Shown here: in pieces, positions 1 through 8,844 of the stretch
How positions within the stretch are numbered: the stretch's first letter is position 1
Layout: each line of letters starts with the position of its first letter
Assembly: GCA_047619315.1 (NCBI GenBank)
Contig: JBLHKB010000001.1
Coordinates: 1 to 53,917 of the forward strand
Direction of reading: 5' to 3'
DNA from: Polyangiales bacterium
GTDB lineage: Bacteria; Myxococcota_A; Polyangia; Polyangiales; Houyiibacteriaceae
DNA length: 53,917 nucleotides
The notes under the pieces: generated by a model
Told to the model about the DNA's origin: nothing
Seen by the model: the letters and a program-made list of their open reading frames with translations, nothing else
Database searches by the model: none
Program-made: the position numbers and the translations under genes

Positions 1-2024
1 TTGCGGAGACACTCACCGCGGAAAGTGACACGGAGGCGACGTCGCTCCGCGAACTTCTCGCCGACGGTTACCTGGAGGCCGACGGTCGTATCCAGGCATA
101 CCAACGACTTGCCGTTCTTGGGGATGCGCAGGCCGTCCCACTCATCATCGAAGGTCTTTCGGGTTCGGACGAGGAGCCGCGCCAAGCCGCACTCGCCTTG
201 GCGCGCCTGGGTTCACCGGGCGCAGACTCCGCCCGCCCTGCGCTCCTTGCCCAATTCGCCGAGTCTACCGACCAGGAACGTCTCGCGATCGCGTGGACCC
301 TCGTTTGTCTAGGGGATGAGACCGTGACCGACGCCGCGTTGGAGGGCCTCGAAAGCGGTCGCCTTCAGGAACTCGACGGCTACGACGCCTATCTACTGGC
401 AGATCGTTTGGGAACGAGCGGGTTGCTGAGTGCTCTTTCCGACGAACGCTCCGTCATCCGCCACTTCGGCGCGGAGCATCTCGGCTCGATCTGTGACGAA
501 GGCGTCGTTGTCGCACTCCAGCAAATGGTGAGCGACAGCGACGCAGGCGTTGTCCTTGCGGTAACCGTTAGTCTCGCGCGGTGCGGCAGCCCCGGTGCCC
601 TTCAAAGTGCCGCAGAGGTGTTGACCAGAAACGTCGCAATCCGCACTCCAGCGCGGACGGCGTTTGAATACGCTGTTGGCGCGCCAGGACTCGGACTGTT
701 GCTCGAATTCGCATCCGACGATGCGGCGAAGATTGAGCTTCTGTCCTTGATCCAGAAGTCCGCAGACCCCCGCGCGGAGAGCGTTGTTCTAGCAGAACTC
801 GCGCGAGACCCGGAACCGAGCCCCCAGCTACGTCTTAAGCTGGTCGAAACGCTCGCAAACGTATCGTCGCCGGAAGCTCTCCAGGTCGCCGCTCCACTAA
901 TGGACCTAGACGATGATGATTGGACCATTGCGGCGCTCCGAACTCTTGGAGCCTCTGAAACCAATCAAGACTTAGAACAAACGATTGCGTCTCTCCTCAA
1001 TCGCTCGTCGTTGCGTACAGCCGCGCTTGATGCCCTCGCCCGAATGCGTGCATGTTCGGAAGAAACGCGGCTACGCGTTCGACGCCTCTCCGAGTCGCCC
1101 GAACGCATTCGTTATGAGGGACGCTGCGGTGGTGATCCTGCTCGCGCCGTCGCCTTGGTCAGCCGCGGCGGAGAGACCGGAAGGGTCAACGTCCGAGACG
1201 GCGCCCTTCGTCTAGCCGCGTACGATGCAATCGCCGAGAGCGGCTCCGAGGAGTTCTCAAATGGCATCTACGAAATGATGGTCGACCCCACTTACGACTC
1301 GACGCTACGGAGCGCGAGCGCGCATTCGCTGGGTGAAATTGCCGACGACATAACGAGGCGTCGGCTTGTGGACAAAGCCCTTGACGTGGGCGGAGATGAC
1401 AACGTACGCGCCGCGGCGAGAGAGGTTCTTCGGCACGCCCTTCCGCCGGCAGCGGTCGACCGACTCATAGGCTACCTCCGGACGGGGCAGGACGATGCGC
1501 GCACGCTGTACGCTGTCGAACTCCTATCGCTGCAAGGCCCGGGTACGGCGGAGGCGGAGCTTCGAGAGCTTCTCACCGACGAGCGCGCGCGGGAACACGC
1601 GGCGCTTGTCCTTTCATTTGGCGGGCGTGATGAGGCGACTCTCCTCGCACTCACTCGCCTCCTGTCGCATGACGCAAGCCTCTCGACCGAGGTCTCTCGC
1701 CGCGCGCGAGCGCTCCGCTTCTACTTTCACTCCTCGGACTTCGATGAACAGTTCATCCAACGTGGACGATATCTGCTCGCGCTCCAGAATGCAGGTCACG
1801 GTGATCCCCTTACGGTGTTCATGAACGCGCTAAAAGAGGAATCGAACCCGCTTGGAACGATGAGCGCGCTGGAGATCCGACGCGCGCTGGAACGCCTAAT
1901 CGTCACCGGAACGACCGATGAGCGACGAATCGCAGCAGCTGCGCTCCACGAGATGGGACACAACGGCCCACTTCTCGCTTATGATGGAGCGGATCGAGAC
2001 ATGATCCTCGGCATACTTCGATGA
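1..2024 (+). CDS. HEAT/PBS-lyase-like repeat protein (5' end lies outside the window)
   Basis: Frame 3 is open from the window edge (AETLTAESDTEATSLRELLADGYLEADGRIQAYQRLAVLGDAQAVPLIIEGL...), upstream of the first listed Met at 198. It shows repeated helical units of the form A..AL..LG.......L...L.D.d..VR..A along all 600+ aa. Stop at 2022-2024. Confidence 0.75.
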   Translation, partial: AETLTAESDTEATSLRELLADGYLEADGRIQAYQRLAVLGDAQAVPLIIEGLSGSDEEPRQAALALARLGSPGADSARPALLAQFAESTDQERLAIAWTLVCLGDETVTDAALEGLESGRLQELDGYDAYLLADRLGTSGLLSALSDERSVIRHFGAEHLGSICDEGVVVALQQMVSDSDAGVVLAVTVSLARCGSPGALQSAAEVLTRNVAIRTPARTAFEYAVGAPGLGLLLEFASDDAAKIELLSLIQKSADPRAESVVLAELARDPEPSPQLRLKLVETLANVSSPEALQVAAPLMDLDDDDWTIAALRTLGASETNQDLEQTIASLLNRSSLRTAALDALARMRACSEETRLRVRRLSESPERIRYEGRCGGDPARAVALVSRGGETGRVNVRDGALRLAAYDAIAESGSEEFSNGIYEMMVDPTYDSTLRSASAHSLGEIADDITRRRLVDKALDVGGDDNVRAAAREVLRHALPPAAVDRLIGYLRTGQDDARTLYAVELLSLQGPGTAEAELRELLTDERAREHAALVLSFGGRDEATLLALTRLLSHDASLSTEVSRRARALRFYFHSSDFDEQFIQRGRYLLALQNAGHGDPLTVFMNALKEESNPLGTMSALEIRRALERLIVTGTTDERRIAAAALHEMGHNGPLLAYDGADRDMILGILR

Positions 2025-2064
2025 TGAACGACGGCCTTGATGGGGTCGATGCACGTTCGCGAAA

Positions 2065-3348
2065 ATGGCCGCGGCTGCAAAGAGCGACTACGCTGAACCC
2101 TTGACGTCGAGGTTCCCCCAACCCTTTGGACCGTATCAATTGACCCGTTTGATCGGGGCAGGAGGTATGGCCGAGGTGTTCCTCGCAACGAAGGCGGGTT
2201 TCGGGGGATTCGAACGCCAACTCTGTATAAAGCGCATCCGACCGGAATTTGCCGGCGACGAGCTTTTTGTTCGGCTCTTGATCGACGAAGCCAAGCTGAC
2301 CAGCGGCTTGAACCATCCGAATGTCGCCCAGGTTTTCGACCTAGGACAGGTCGACGGCCTCTATTACATCGCCATCGAATACGTCGACGGGATCGATTTG
2401 TTTAAGTTGCTGAACCAAGCAGGCGAAGCCGAAGTTCATATCCCCGTCGGCGCCGCCGCTCTCGTAGCCTTGAAAATCGCGCGGGCACTACAGGCGGCAC
2501 ACACGCACACCAACAACCTTGGACAACCCCAGAATATTGTCCACCGTGATGTCTCGCCTCACAACGTGCTTTTGAGCGGCACCGGTGACGTAAAACTGAT
2601 CGACTTCGGTATCGCCAAAGCGAAGACCCGCTTGAGTCAGACCGAAGTCGGCGTCATCAAAGGAAAGTACAACTACTTAGCCCCCGAGCAGGCGACCGGT
2701 GGCCGCGTTGACGCGCGCACCGACATTTTCGCACTTGGCATCCTGCTCTACGAGATGCTCGCAGGAACACCTCTATACGCGGGGAACCACATCGCCGCGC
2801 TCTTGGATCAAGCGCGCCGTGTGAAGATCCCCTCACTGCGCAAGTGGCGTTCAGACGTCCCAGCACATCTTTCGAAGATCATGCGAAAGTGCCTCAAGAA
2901 AAAGCCCGAACAACGCTACGAAAGTGCTCAGGCCGTTGTCGCAGACCTGGAGGCCTTCACTGCCAGCCGAGGCGAAGCGTACAAGAAACGCGAACTGGCG
3001 CACTTCATCGAGTGGCTACCCGCACAGAGTGCAACACCGAGCGACCCGCCGACGCCGACGCCGGAAGAGAAGCGAAAGCATGTCTTTGAGGACCCACGCG
3101 TGTTGTCTTCGGGTCAGCTCGATTCTGCACCGACCCAGATCGCCAACCCGTTAGAGATCGCGTCGCGTCGAAAGGCTCGGGCCAGCGGACACAGCTTGCA
3201 ACCGGTACCTGTGCGGATTGAAGCACCCCTACCGGCGACAACACTCCCACCGGCGCCAAAGCCACGCTCCTCTCTGGGGCTCATCGTGATGCTCATCGTG
3301 CTTGCGATCGCGTGCCTCGTCGTAGCCATTGCACTGAATCTGGCGTAG
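2065..3348 (+). CDS. Hanks-type Ser/Thr protein kinase with Pro-rich linker and C-terminal TM anchor
   Basis: Motifs GAGGMAEVF (Gly loop), CIKRI (catalytic Lys), HRDVSPHNVLL, DFGIAKA and YLAPE. The C-terminal hydrophobic segment is LGLIVMLIVLAIACLVVAIAL. Confidence 0.9.
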   Translation: MAAAAKSDYAEPLTSRFPQPFGPYQLTRLIGAGGMAEVFLATKAGFGGFERQLCIKRIRPEFAGDELFVRLLIDEAKLTSGLNHPNVAQVFDLGQVDGLYYIAIEYVDGIDLFKLLNQAGEAEVHIPVGAAALVALKIARALQAAHTHTNNLGQPQNIVHRDVSPHNVLLSGTGDVKLIDFGIAKAKTRLSQTEVGVIKGKYNYLAPEQATGGRVDARTDIFALGILLYEMLAGTPLYAGNHIAALLDQARRVKIPSLRKWRSDVPAHLSKIMRKCLKKKPEQRYESAQAVVADLEAFTASRGEAYKKRELAHFIEWLPAQSATPSDPPTPTPEEKRKHVFEDPRVLSSGQLDSAPTQIANPLEIASRRKARASGHSLQPVPVRIEAPLPATTLPPAPKPRSSLGLIVMLIVLAIACLVVAIALNLA

Positions 3349-3547
3349 GGCGGTCCGTCAGGAGAGGGCCCAAACAAACCTGGCGCGACATCATCGACAA
3401 GCGGTCTGCGCTGCCACACGCACAGACGAAGAGACCAAAGACGAGGACGGCGGAGGCGGTGGCTGAAGTGGAGGCGCGGGCTCGAACAAGTGTGCTGCTG
3501 CGCGTCGTTGGGAGTTTCGTCGTCCGTGTTCTCGTTGGAGCGTCGTG

Positions 3548-3990
3548 CGGAACGACCTCGGCGCGGTCCCGTGAGTGGCCGGCAAGCACGGTGCCGTTGA
3601 ACAACAAGTGGTAGCGCAGCATGTGAAAGCGCGGCGGCGGGATGAGGACACACAGACGCCCGGATGTTGAGTGGGTCGAGCAGCACGGAGTGCGTGCCGC
3701 CGTTCCACGCGCTCTTGAATCGTATTCGCACTCGACCGTCGGGATGCTCTTCGAGGCGCTCAAGGGAGAGTGGCGGGCGAGCAACGTAACGGCACGCGAT
3801 TCTAGTGACAACGCGCTCGAGGCGCTGGCGGTCGCGACCGTCCACGGCGACGGCGGCGCGGATGTTGACGCCGCCGACTTCAGCCAGGGCCGTAGCCCTC
3901 TCGTCCGTCCCTTGCACGAGGCGGAGAGGACGAACGAGCTTGGCGGTCTTGCGGCCCGCGCCGGAACCGAGCAGCTGAACATCGCCAGCG
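3548..3990 (-). pseudogene. IS91-family (Y2, rolling-circle) transposase C-terminal fragment, frameshifted and N-terminally truncated
   Basis: One minus-strand frame reads ...RDRQRLERVVTRIACRYVARPPLSLERLEEHPDGRVRIRFKSAWNGGTHSVLLDPL. A second frame continues ...GRLCVLIPPPRFHMLRYH...RAEVVP. Together they make the conserved C-terminal block of IS91/ISCR transposases. The frame switch is near 3650-3670. The catalytic N-terminal part is absent. Confidence 0.5.
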
Positions 3991-4102
3991 TGAAATCGCC
4001 ACCTGGCTCGCAAGTCTCCCGCGCTAGCTCACGTTCGTTCACCCTGACTTCGCTCCAACGCGGGAATGCGCGCGCCTCGTCTGGAGTTCCATCGGACAAG
4101 CG

Positions 4103-4588
4103 ATGACCTCATGCGCCAAAAGCGAAAAGCTCTGCCTGCTGTGCGCTGCCCTCGGGACGGCTCTCGTCTGTGCTGTGGCGATGCTTCGATACAGCGGCGA
4201 GCAGCAGTTCTACTTTCTTTACTACAACGTCCCCATCGCGGCGCCCTTCTCCGCGTTCGTTCTCGAGCGACTGCTTCGACGAAGAGGTCTCCCTCTCGCC
4301 GTGTTCGATGTCGGCGTGGTGTCTCTGGCCCTAACGCGCGCCGTCTTCCCGGTGCCTGGCTACAGCGGCCACGTGCTCTTCTTACTCTACGCGCTCTTCA
4401 GCGGCCGGAGCAAATCCGTCCGTGTTCTCAGCGCATTGGTCCTCGCCCAAGTCCTCGTCGTCAAGTTCGCGCTCTGGAACGACTTCGTCACGCCCGCCGG
4501 CGCAGCCGCTATCGCCGCGCTCGCGCTCGTGGTCCGCGCAAAGCTCGAATCTAGAACGCCTTCGGCGAGCCTGGAGGTCGTCGATTGA
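4103..4588 (+). CDS. hypothetical integral membrane protein (4-5 TM)
   Basis: 161-aa ORF with several hydrophobic helices (LCLLCAALGTALVCAVAML, VPIAAPFSAFVL, VGVVSLALT, HVLFLLYALF, ALVLAQVLVV, AAAIAALALVV). I recognise no family. Confidence 0.55.
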   Translation: MTSCAKSEKLCLLCAALGTALVCAVAMLRYSGEQQFYFLYYNVPIAAPFSAFVLERLLRRRGLPLAVFDVGVVSLALTRAVFPVPGYSGHVLFLLYALFSGRSKSVRVLSALVLAQVLVVKFALWNDFVTPAGAAAIAALALVVRAKLESRTPSASLEVVD

Positions 4589-5129
4589 AGAGCTTTGTCA
4601 CGAAGAACATCGCGATGACGAGGCTTAGAGATGTCCCCACCGTCAACGTCGCTTTGGCCGCGAAGTGTATGGCGGGAAGCATCGCCTCTGCATCGAAATC
4701 GTCGCTCTGATATTTTTGACGCAAGTACGCGACGTAGATGGCTCCGCTCACGATGAGTCCAAGAGCGAGGGGCATCGTTGCCGCAGCGCCCGCCCGAAAC
4801 ACTCGGCGCTCGCTGTACGGACCCACCGCCACCCGTGCGATGAGCGGGCCTAAGAACAGAAGCGCGACGCCCATCGAGATCCGCGTACACGTATGCAGGG
4901 CCCATACGATCCACGTCCAATCAATGTTGTATGCCTTGGGGGCGATTTGTGGCTGACCATCGAATCGAGAGAGCTCAAGTCCCGCAAGTAAGAGGACCAG
5001 CGCCAGAAGCGGAGTCCAGGTGGCAGCGCGCGCTTTCGTGCTCAGGCGAATACAGAGCGCGAAGACTGCGCTAACGAGAACGACGGCGGGCCAAACAGTC
5101 CAAACCCATTCGCCGACAAGGTGCAGCAT
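4551..5129 (-). CDS. hypothetical integral membrane protein (about 5 TM)
   Basis: 192-aa ORF with TM-like segments (WPAVVLVSAVFALCI, PLLALVLLLAGL, WTWIVWALHTC, GVALLFLGPLIA, MPLALGLIVSGAIYVAYL, SLSLVIAMFFV). Its start overlaps the stop of the small upstream ORF (TAATG). Confidence 0.6.
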   Translation of the reverse strand: MLHLVGEWVWTVWPAVVLVSAVFALCIRLSTKARAATWTPLLALVLLLAGLELSRFDGQPQIAPKAYNIDWTWIVWALHTCTRISMGVALLFLGPLIARVAVGPYSERRVFRAGAAATMPLALGLIVSGAIYVAYLRQKYQSDDFDAEAMLPAIHFAAKATLTVGTSLSLVIAMFFVTKLFNRRPPGSPKAF

Positions 5130-5263
5130 TAGCGCGAGCCTCGTGACAACAGGTGCTCAACCGTGGCTTCGTCACCGCGCAACATGAGGATCACCAGAAG
5201 TGTCACCGCGACGGCCGCGAGCAACAAGAAGCCGCCCGCTCTCTGAGATTTCGTCAGGCGCAT
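5129..5263 (-). CDS. possible small single-pass membrane protein (44 aa)
   Basis: An internal Met of ORF 5129..5386 gives MRLTKSQRAGGFLLLAAVAVTLLVILMLRG.... The longer version would overlap the 3' end of gene 5311..6939. Stop is coupled (TAATG) to the next gene. Confidence 0.3.
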   Translation of the reverse strand: MRLTKSQRAGGFLLLAAVAVTLLVILMLRGDEATVEHLLSRGSR

Positions 5264-5310
5264 AGTCAGGTGACACCACTCTTCCACGAAATGTTCCCAG
5301 AGACCGTCGG

Positions 5311-6939
5311 CTATCGGACGCGCTCGCTTGCTCGAAACAGGGCCTGGTCGTTTTCGTAGAGCCAGAGTCCTGTGGGACCTTGCCAAAGGCGTGGACCGTT
5401 TGCGCCTCGGAAGTCGAGGGCTTGAGGAACGGCCGTTTGGACGAGGGACTCGATGGCTTCGTCTGAACGCATGAACGCGCGAGGGACCTCGAGGATGTGG
5501 GGTCCCCGCGGAGTCCCGAAGCCCCGGGTGTCCCGGCTGTAGAGCAACGCGCCCTCTGCGCCGATGGTCACAGCGTAGCCGTCTGCCATAAGGATCTCAT
5601 CAGCCAGCTGGCGCGCCGCCCACGTCGATCCGTCATAGTGAAGCAGGCAGGGCGTGCCCGTTCGCGACGAGTCCATCATGAGACTTGCCCAGATTTCTTC
5701 TCCATCGACGGCAAGGTCGACGAAGCGCGCTAAGCCGCGCGAGCCCCACGAATTGGCGGGGCACAGCTCCGTCTGGAAAGTGTACGTCCGCGCTTCGCTC
5801 TCTGAGGTCCGAAGGAGCACGCGACCCAGGGCCCCACTGCGGCGCAGTTCGATGAAGAACTGGGCGACGCGGCCATCTTCGAGGGCCTTGATGCGGGGCA
5901 AGGCTTCCCTCTGGGGCGTTGAACGAACGGTGGTGCCGGAAATGACAAACAGGTCTCCTTCGCGCACAGCCAGCGCGCGGCCGCTCGGAAAGCCCGCCAC
6001 CGCAAAGCGACGATGTCGTGGCTCCGAGTAGTAGGGTTCAACGGCATCCACTTCGAGAGATTCAAAGGCGTCGGCTGTTTGGCGCTCCCACACTTGCTCA
6101 CTCGAGCCGGTGGCACGAACGCGGACGACGTCGCTCGGCTGAGTTCCCCATGCGGCGAGGGCGCCGTTCACCCAGACTTCCGTCGGCACGTCGGCAAAGT
6201 ACGACGCGTCGAAGGCATGTTCGAAGGCGCTCGCTCCCCGTCGAAGAGATGCGTCGTAGCTGTCCGCCGCGCGGTCTTCGTCGACGCGGCGCATCGCCTC
6301 CACCTCTCTCCATTCTCCGTCGGCGTAGACGTGACGCTTCGACCAATAGTAGTTGCCCGAGTACTTCCGTAGCGCCGTGAAGAGTTGGCCCTCCGCGTCG
6401 AGGATGAGGTGATCGACGTGCCCAAAGTAGTCTCCGCGCCAGAGCCCTTCGTCCACGAGCTGCAGCCGCCAGCGAGTACCGTCGAAGTGCCAGATCTCGT
6501 GGTCGGCGAGGATCCACACCTCCCTCGCCGACTTGGCCACGACGGAGTCGATGCGCGCGCGGGTTGGCGACGAGTGATCAGACCAGGCTTCTCCATCGAA
6601 AACACGAATTGTCCCTTCGACGCCCACCGCGAAGACCGCACCTCCCTCGGGACCGTGAAAGTCTCGCAGAGGAGCGCCCATCACCCAGCACCAGCCCTCA
6701 CGCCCGCAACCTACTGGGGGTGGACCCTCGTCCAAGAGCGGACCTGAGTCGTTCTCGCCGGAATCCAAGGCGGCTGCGTCGAGCCCAGCGTCTACGGGCT
6801 CGGTCCAGCCTGAATCCGAAGCGTCGAGCGCAAAGCGGCCGTCGGGCAGCCCGGCATCCATAAAGTTGGCGGAGTCCGGACCCGAAGGCGGCTGGCCGCA
6901 CGCGATGAGAACAAGGAGAAGCGAGAGCTGCTTGTGCAT
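5311..6939 (-). CDS. secreted lipoprotein, probable beta-propeller-like repeat protein
   Basis: Signal peptide plus lipobox MHKQLSLLLVLIAC, then an acidic D/A/G/P linker. Repeated ...W..V....G.....DG..W... units follow (GTIRVFDGEAWSD, HEIWHFDGTRWRL, LLHYDGSTWAAR). Confidence 0.75.
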   Translation of the reverse strand: MHKQLSLLLVLIACGQPPSGPDSANFMDAGLPDGRFALDASDSGWTEPVDAGLDAAALDSGENDSGPLLDEGPPPVGCGREGWCWVMGAPLRDFHGPEGGAVFAVGVEGTIRVFDGEAWSDHSSPTRARIDSVVAKSAREVWILADHEIWHFDGTRWRLQLVDEGLWRGDYFGHVDHLILDAEGQLFTALRKYSGNYYWSKRHVYADGEWREVEAMRRVDEDRAADSYDASLRRGASAFEHAFDASYFADVPTEVWVNGALAAWGTQPSDVVRVRATGSSEQVWERQTADAFESLEVDAVEPYYSEPRHRRFAVAGFPSGRALAVREGDLFVISGTTVRSTPQREALPRIKALEDGRVAQFFIELRRSGALGRVLLRTSESEARTYTFQTELCPANSWGSRGLARFVDLAVDGEEIWASLMMDSSRTGTPCLLHYDGSTWAARQLADEILMADGYAVTIGAEGALLYSRDTRGFGTPRGPHILEVPRAFMRSDEAIESLVQTAVPQALDFRGANGPRLWQGPTGLWLYENDQALFRASERVR

Positions 6940-7039
6940 GCCTTCGGTGTGAGACCTCAGCTCTTAAGCGACCACTTAAGCCTGAGCGCGAAGTGCACGC
7001 TTCTACGGATACTCCCTTACGCGGGCGCACTCAGCGGAG

Positions 7040-7864
7040 CTAGCGAACGCAGATGAGCGCGAAGGTGTGCTCTGGGCCAGGCGCCATGGGCCACCATCCG
7101 GCAAACGGTGCACAGGAGGCATTGCGGCCCAGGTTGAAGCGAAGCTCCACCACACCTGGATCACCCAGCGTGACGTAGCGCTCCACTGAATCGCTGACAC
7201 CTCCAGGCGGCGGCGTCCCATCGTAGATGCAGCCGATACGGCCGGCGCGCTGGGAACCCACTTCGAACTGATTCGGGCAACCCACGCAGCCCGTGTCATT
7301 CAACGTGTAGTCAAAACGTAAGCGCACGGAGTCCCCGGAATCGGCGACGCTTCGGTTGGTGCCTTCGCCAACGCGCACGTTCGAGACCTGAATAAACTCC
7401 TGGCTGACCGTGCCCGGCGGAGTCGCGATATCCGTGCAGGGCCAAGGATCACACGCGTCGGGGATATCATCGCCGTCGACGTCGACGCGGTCGTCTTCGC
7501 CGGCGCAGCGATCGCACGCATCCGAGACGCCATCCAGGTCGCCGTCAGGGCCCGTCGTGCAGAGATCAGCGTCGACGCCGACATCACGCGGTCCAGCGTC
7601 CATCGGTCCCGCGTCACGCCCAGCGTCCATCGGACCCGCGTCACGTCCTGCATCGACGGGCCCGGAGCCCGCATCCAAACTAGCGCTATCGAAACTCGGC
7701 CCCGCATCCGTGAGCGGCGCGCCATCGAAGCCTGGAGCATCCAGGGCAAAGGCAGCGTCGGCGCTAGCATCTTGTCCCAAGTCGACTTCGCCAAGGGCTA
7801 AGAGCCCAGTGTGTTCCACCGCGCAGCCCACAAAGAGCAATAAGCACGGCCATCCGAGTCGCAT
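7040..7864 (-). CDS. lipoprotein with thrombospondin-type-3-like Asp-rich (calcium-binding-like) repeats
   Basis: Start trimmed to the ATG at 7864 (MRLGWPCLLLFVGC lipobox). The longer ORF to 8215 would overlap the SDR gene. Motifs: DAGRDAGPM x2, DGDLDGVSDACDRCAGEDDRVDVDGDDIPDACD. Confidence 0.75.
   Translation of the reverse strand: MRLGWPCLLLFVGCAVEHTGLLALGEVDLGQDASADAAFALDAPGFDGAPLTDAGPSFDSASLDAGSGPVDAGRDAGPMDAGRDAGPMDAGPRDVGVDADLCTTGPDGDLDGVSDACDRCAGEDDRVDVDGDDIPDACDPWPCTDIATPPGTVSQEFIQVSNVRVGEGTNRSVADSGDSVRLRFDYTLNDTGCVGCPNQFEVGSQRAGRIGCIYDGTPPPGGVSDSVERYVTLGDPGVVELRFNLGRNASCAPFAGWWPMAPGPEHTFALICVR
7594..7647 (-). repeat. 27-bp in-frame tandem duplication (2 copies, 2 mismatches)
   Basis: cagcgtccatcggtcccgcgtcacgcc is followed by cagcgtccatcggacccgcgtcacgtc. 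They encode DAGRDAGPM twice inside CDS 7040..7864. Confidence 0.85.
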
Positions 7865-7940
7865 GGGCGGGCTATTGTCCAAGTCTTCGCGAATGTACAG
7901 AGCTCGCTCGTTTGCCAACGGGCCGTGATACACAGCCGCT

Positions 7941-8819
7941 ATGAAGATCGAAGATTTCGTATTTGAGACCACCGCCGAAGACGTCACCGAGGGCCTCGAC
8001 CTCAGCAAGAAGACGTACGTCGTCACTGGCTGCAACTCCGGCCTAGGCCTTGAAACCGTCCGCGTTCTTGCGCTACGGGGCGCGAACATCATCGGGACAG
8101 CACGCACCGAGGAGAAGGCCAAGGATGCGCTCAAGTCGCTCGGCATCGAAGGCCTCGCCCTCGCCTGCGAGCTCTCCGACCCGGCTTCCGTGCGCGCATG
8201 CGCAAAGTCCATCAACGCTCACGACGCGTCCATCGACGCGCTGATCTGCAACGCCGGCGTCATGGCACTTCCCGCGGCGCAGACCACTCTCGGCTACGAC
8301 CTTCAGTTCCTCACCAACCACATCGGCCACGCCATTCTCGTCACCGAGACGCTGGACTCTCTCGCGAAAGCCGGCCGCGTTGTGATCGTCAGCAGTGGGG
8401 CCCATCGCATGGCGCCGAAGACCGGCATCGAGTTCGACAACCTCAGCGGAGAGCGAGACTTCGACCCGTGGAAGATGTACGGCCAGTCGAAGCTCGCCAA
8501 CATTCTCTTCACAAAGAAGCTCGCCGAGAGCTTCGCCGGGAGCGCTCGCGTGGCAAACAGCCTCCACCCCGGAGTCATCAAGACCAACCTCTCTCGCCAC
8601 GTCGAAGACCCCGAGGCGATGTTCGCCAAGATGCGCACCAAGACCGTGGGCGAAGGCGCCGCCACTCAGTGTGCCGTCGCTACACGTCCGGAGTACGCCA
8701 AGCAGACCGGGCTGTATTTCATGGATTCGCGCCCTGGGAAGTGCAACAAGCTCGCGAACGACAAGGAGCTTGCGACGAAGCTCTGGGACCGAACCCAAGA
8801 GATCATCGCGGCGCTCTAA
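7941..8819 (+). CDS. short-chain dehydrogenase/reductase (SDR) family oxidoreductase
   Basis: VVTGCNSGLGLET (TGxxxGxG NAD(P) site), NAG motif (CNAGVM) and YGQSK (YxxxK catalytic motif). Typical length of 292 aa. Confidence 0.9.
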   Translation: MKIEDFVFETTAEDVTEGLDLSKKTYVVTGCNSGLGLETVRVLALRGANIIGTARTEEKAKDALKSLGIEGLALACELSDPASVRACAKSINAHDASIDALICNAGVMALPAAQTTLGYDLQFLTNHIGHAILVTETLDSLAKAGRVVIVSSGAHRMAPKTGIEFDNLSGERDFDPWKMYGQSKLANILFTKKLAESFAGSARVANSLHPGVIKTNLSRHVEDPEAMFAKMRTKTVGEGAATQCAVATRPEYAKQTGLYFMDSRPGKCNKLANDKELATKLWDRTQEIIAAL

Positions 8820-8844
8820 GCCCGTTTGTCAGAACTTGAACACC

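Noticed and set aside
3642-4106. 154-aa plus-strand ORF opposite the IS91 remnant
   Set aside because: It has no recognisable motifs and an Arg/Ala/Ser-rich composition typical of an antisense frame in GC-rich DNA. The opposite strand carries clear transposase homology.
7865-8215. N-terminal extensions of listed ORFs (7040..8215, 14499..16178, 17156..18760, 21592..22440, 26911..28638, 29769..30980, 32470..34122, 37191..37913, 40256..40921, 49515..50213)
   Set aside because: In each case an internal start gives a canonical signal peptide, lipobox or family-typical N-terminus. The extension would overlap a neighbouring gene or has non-protein-like composition.
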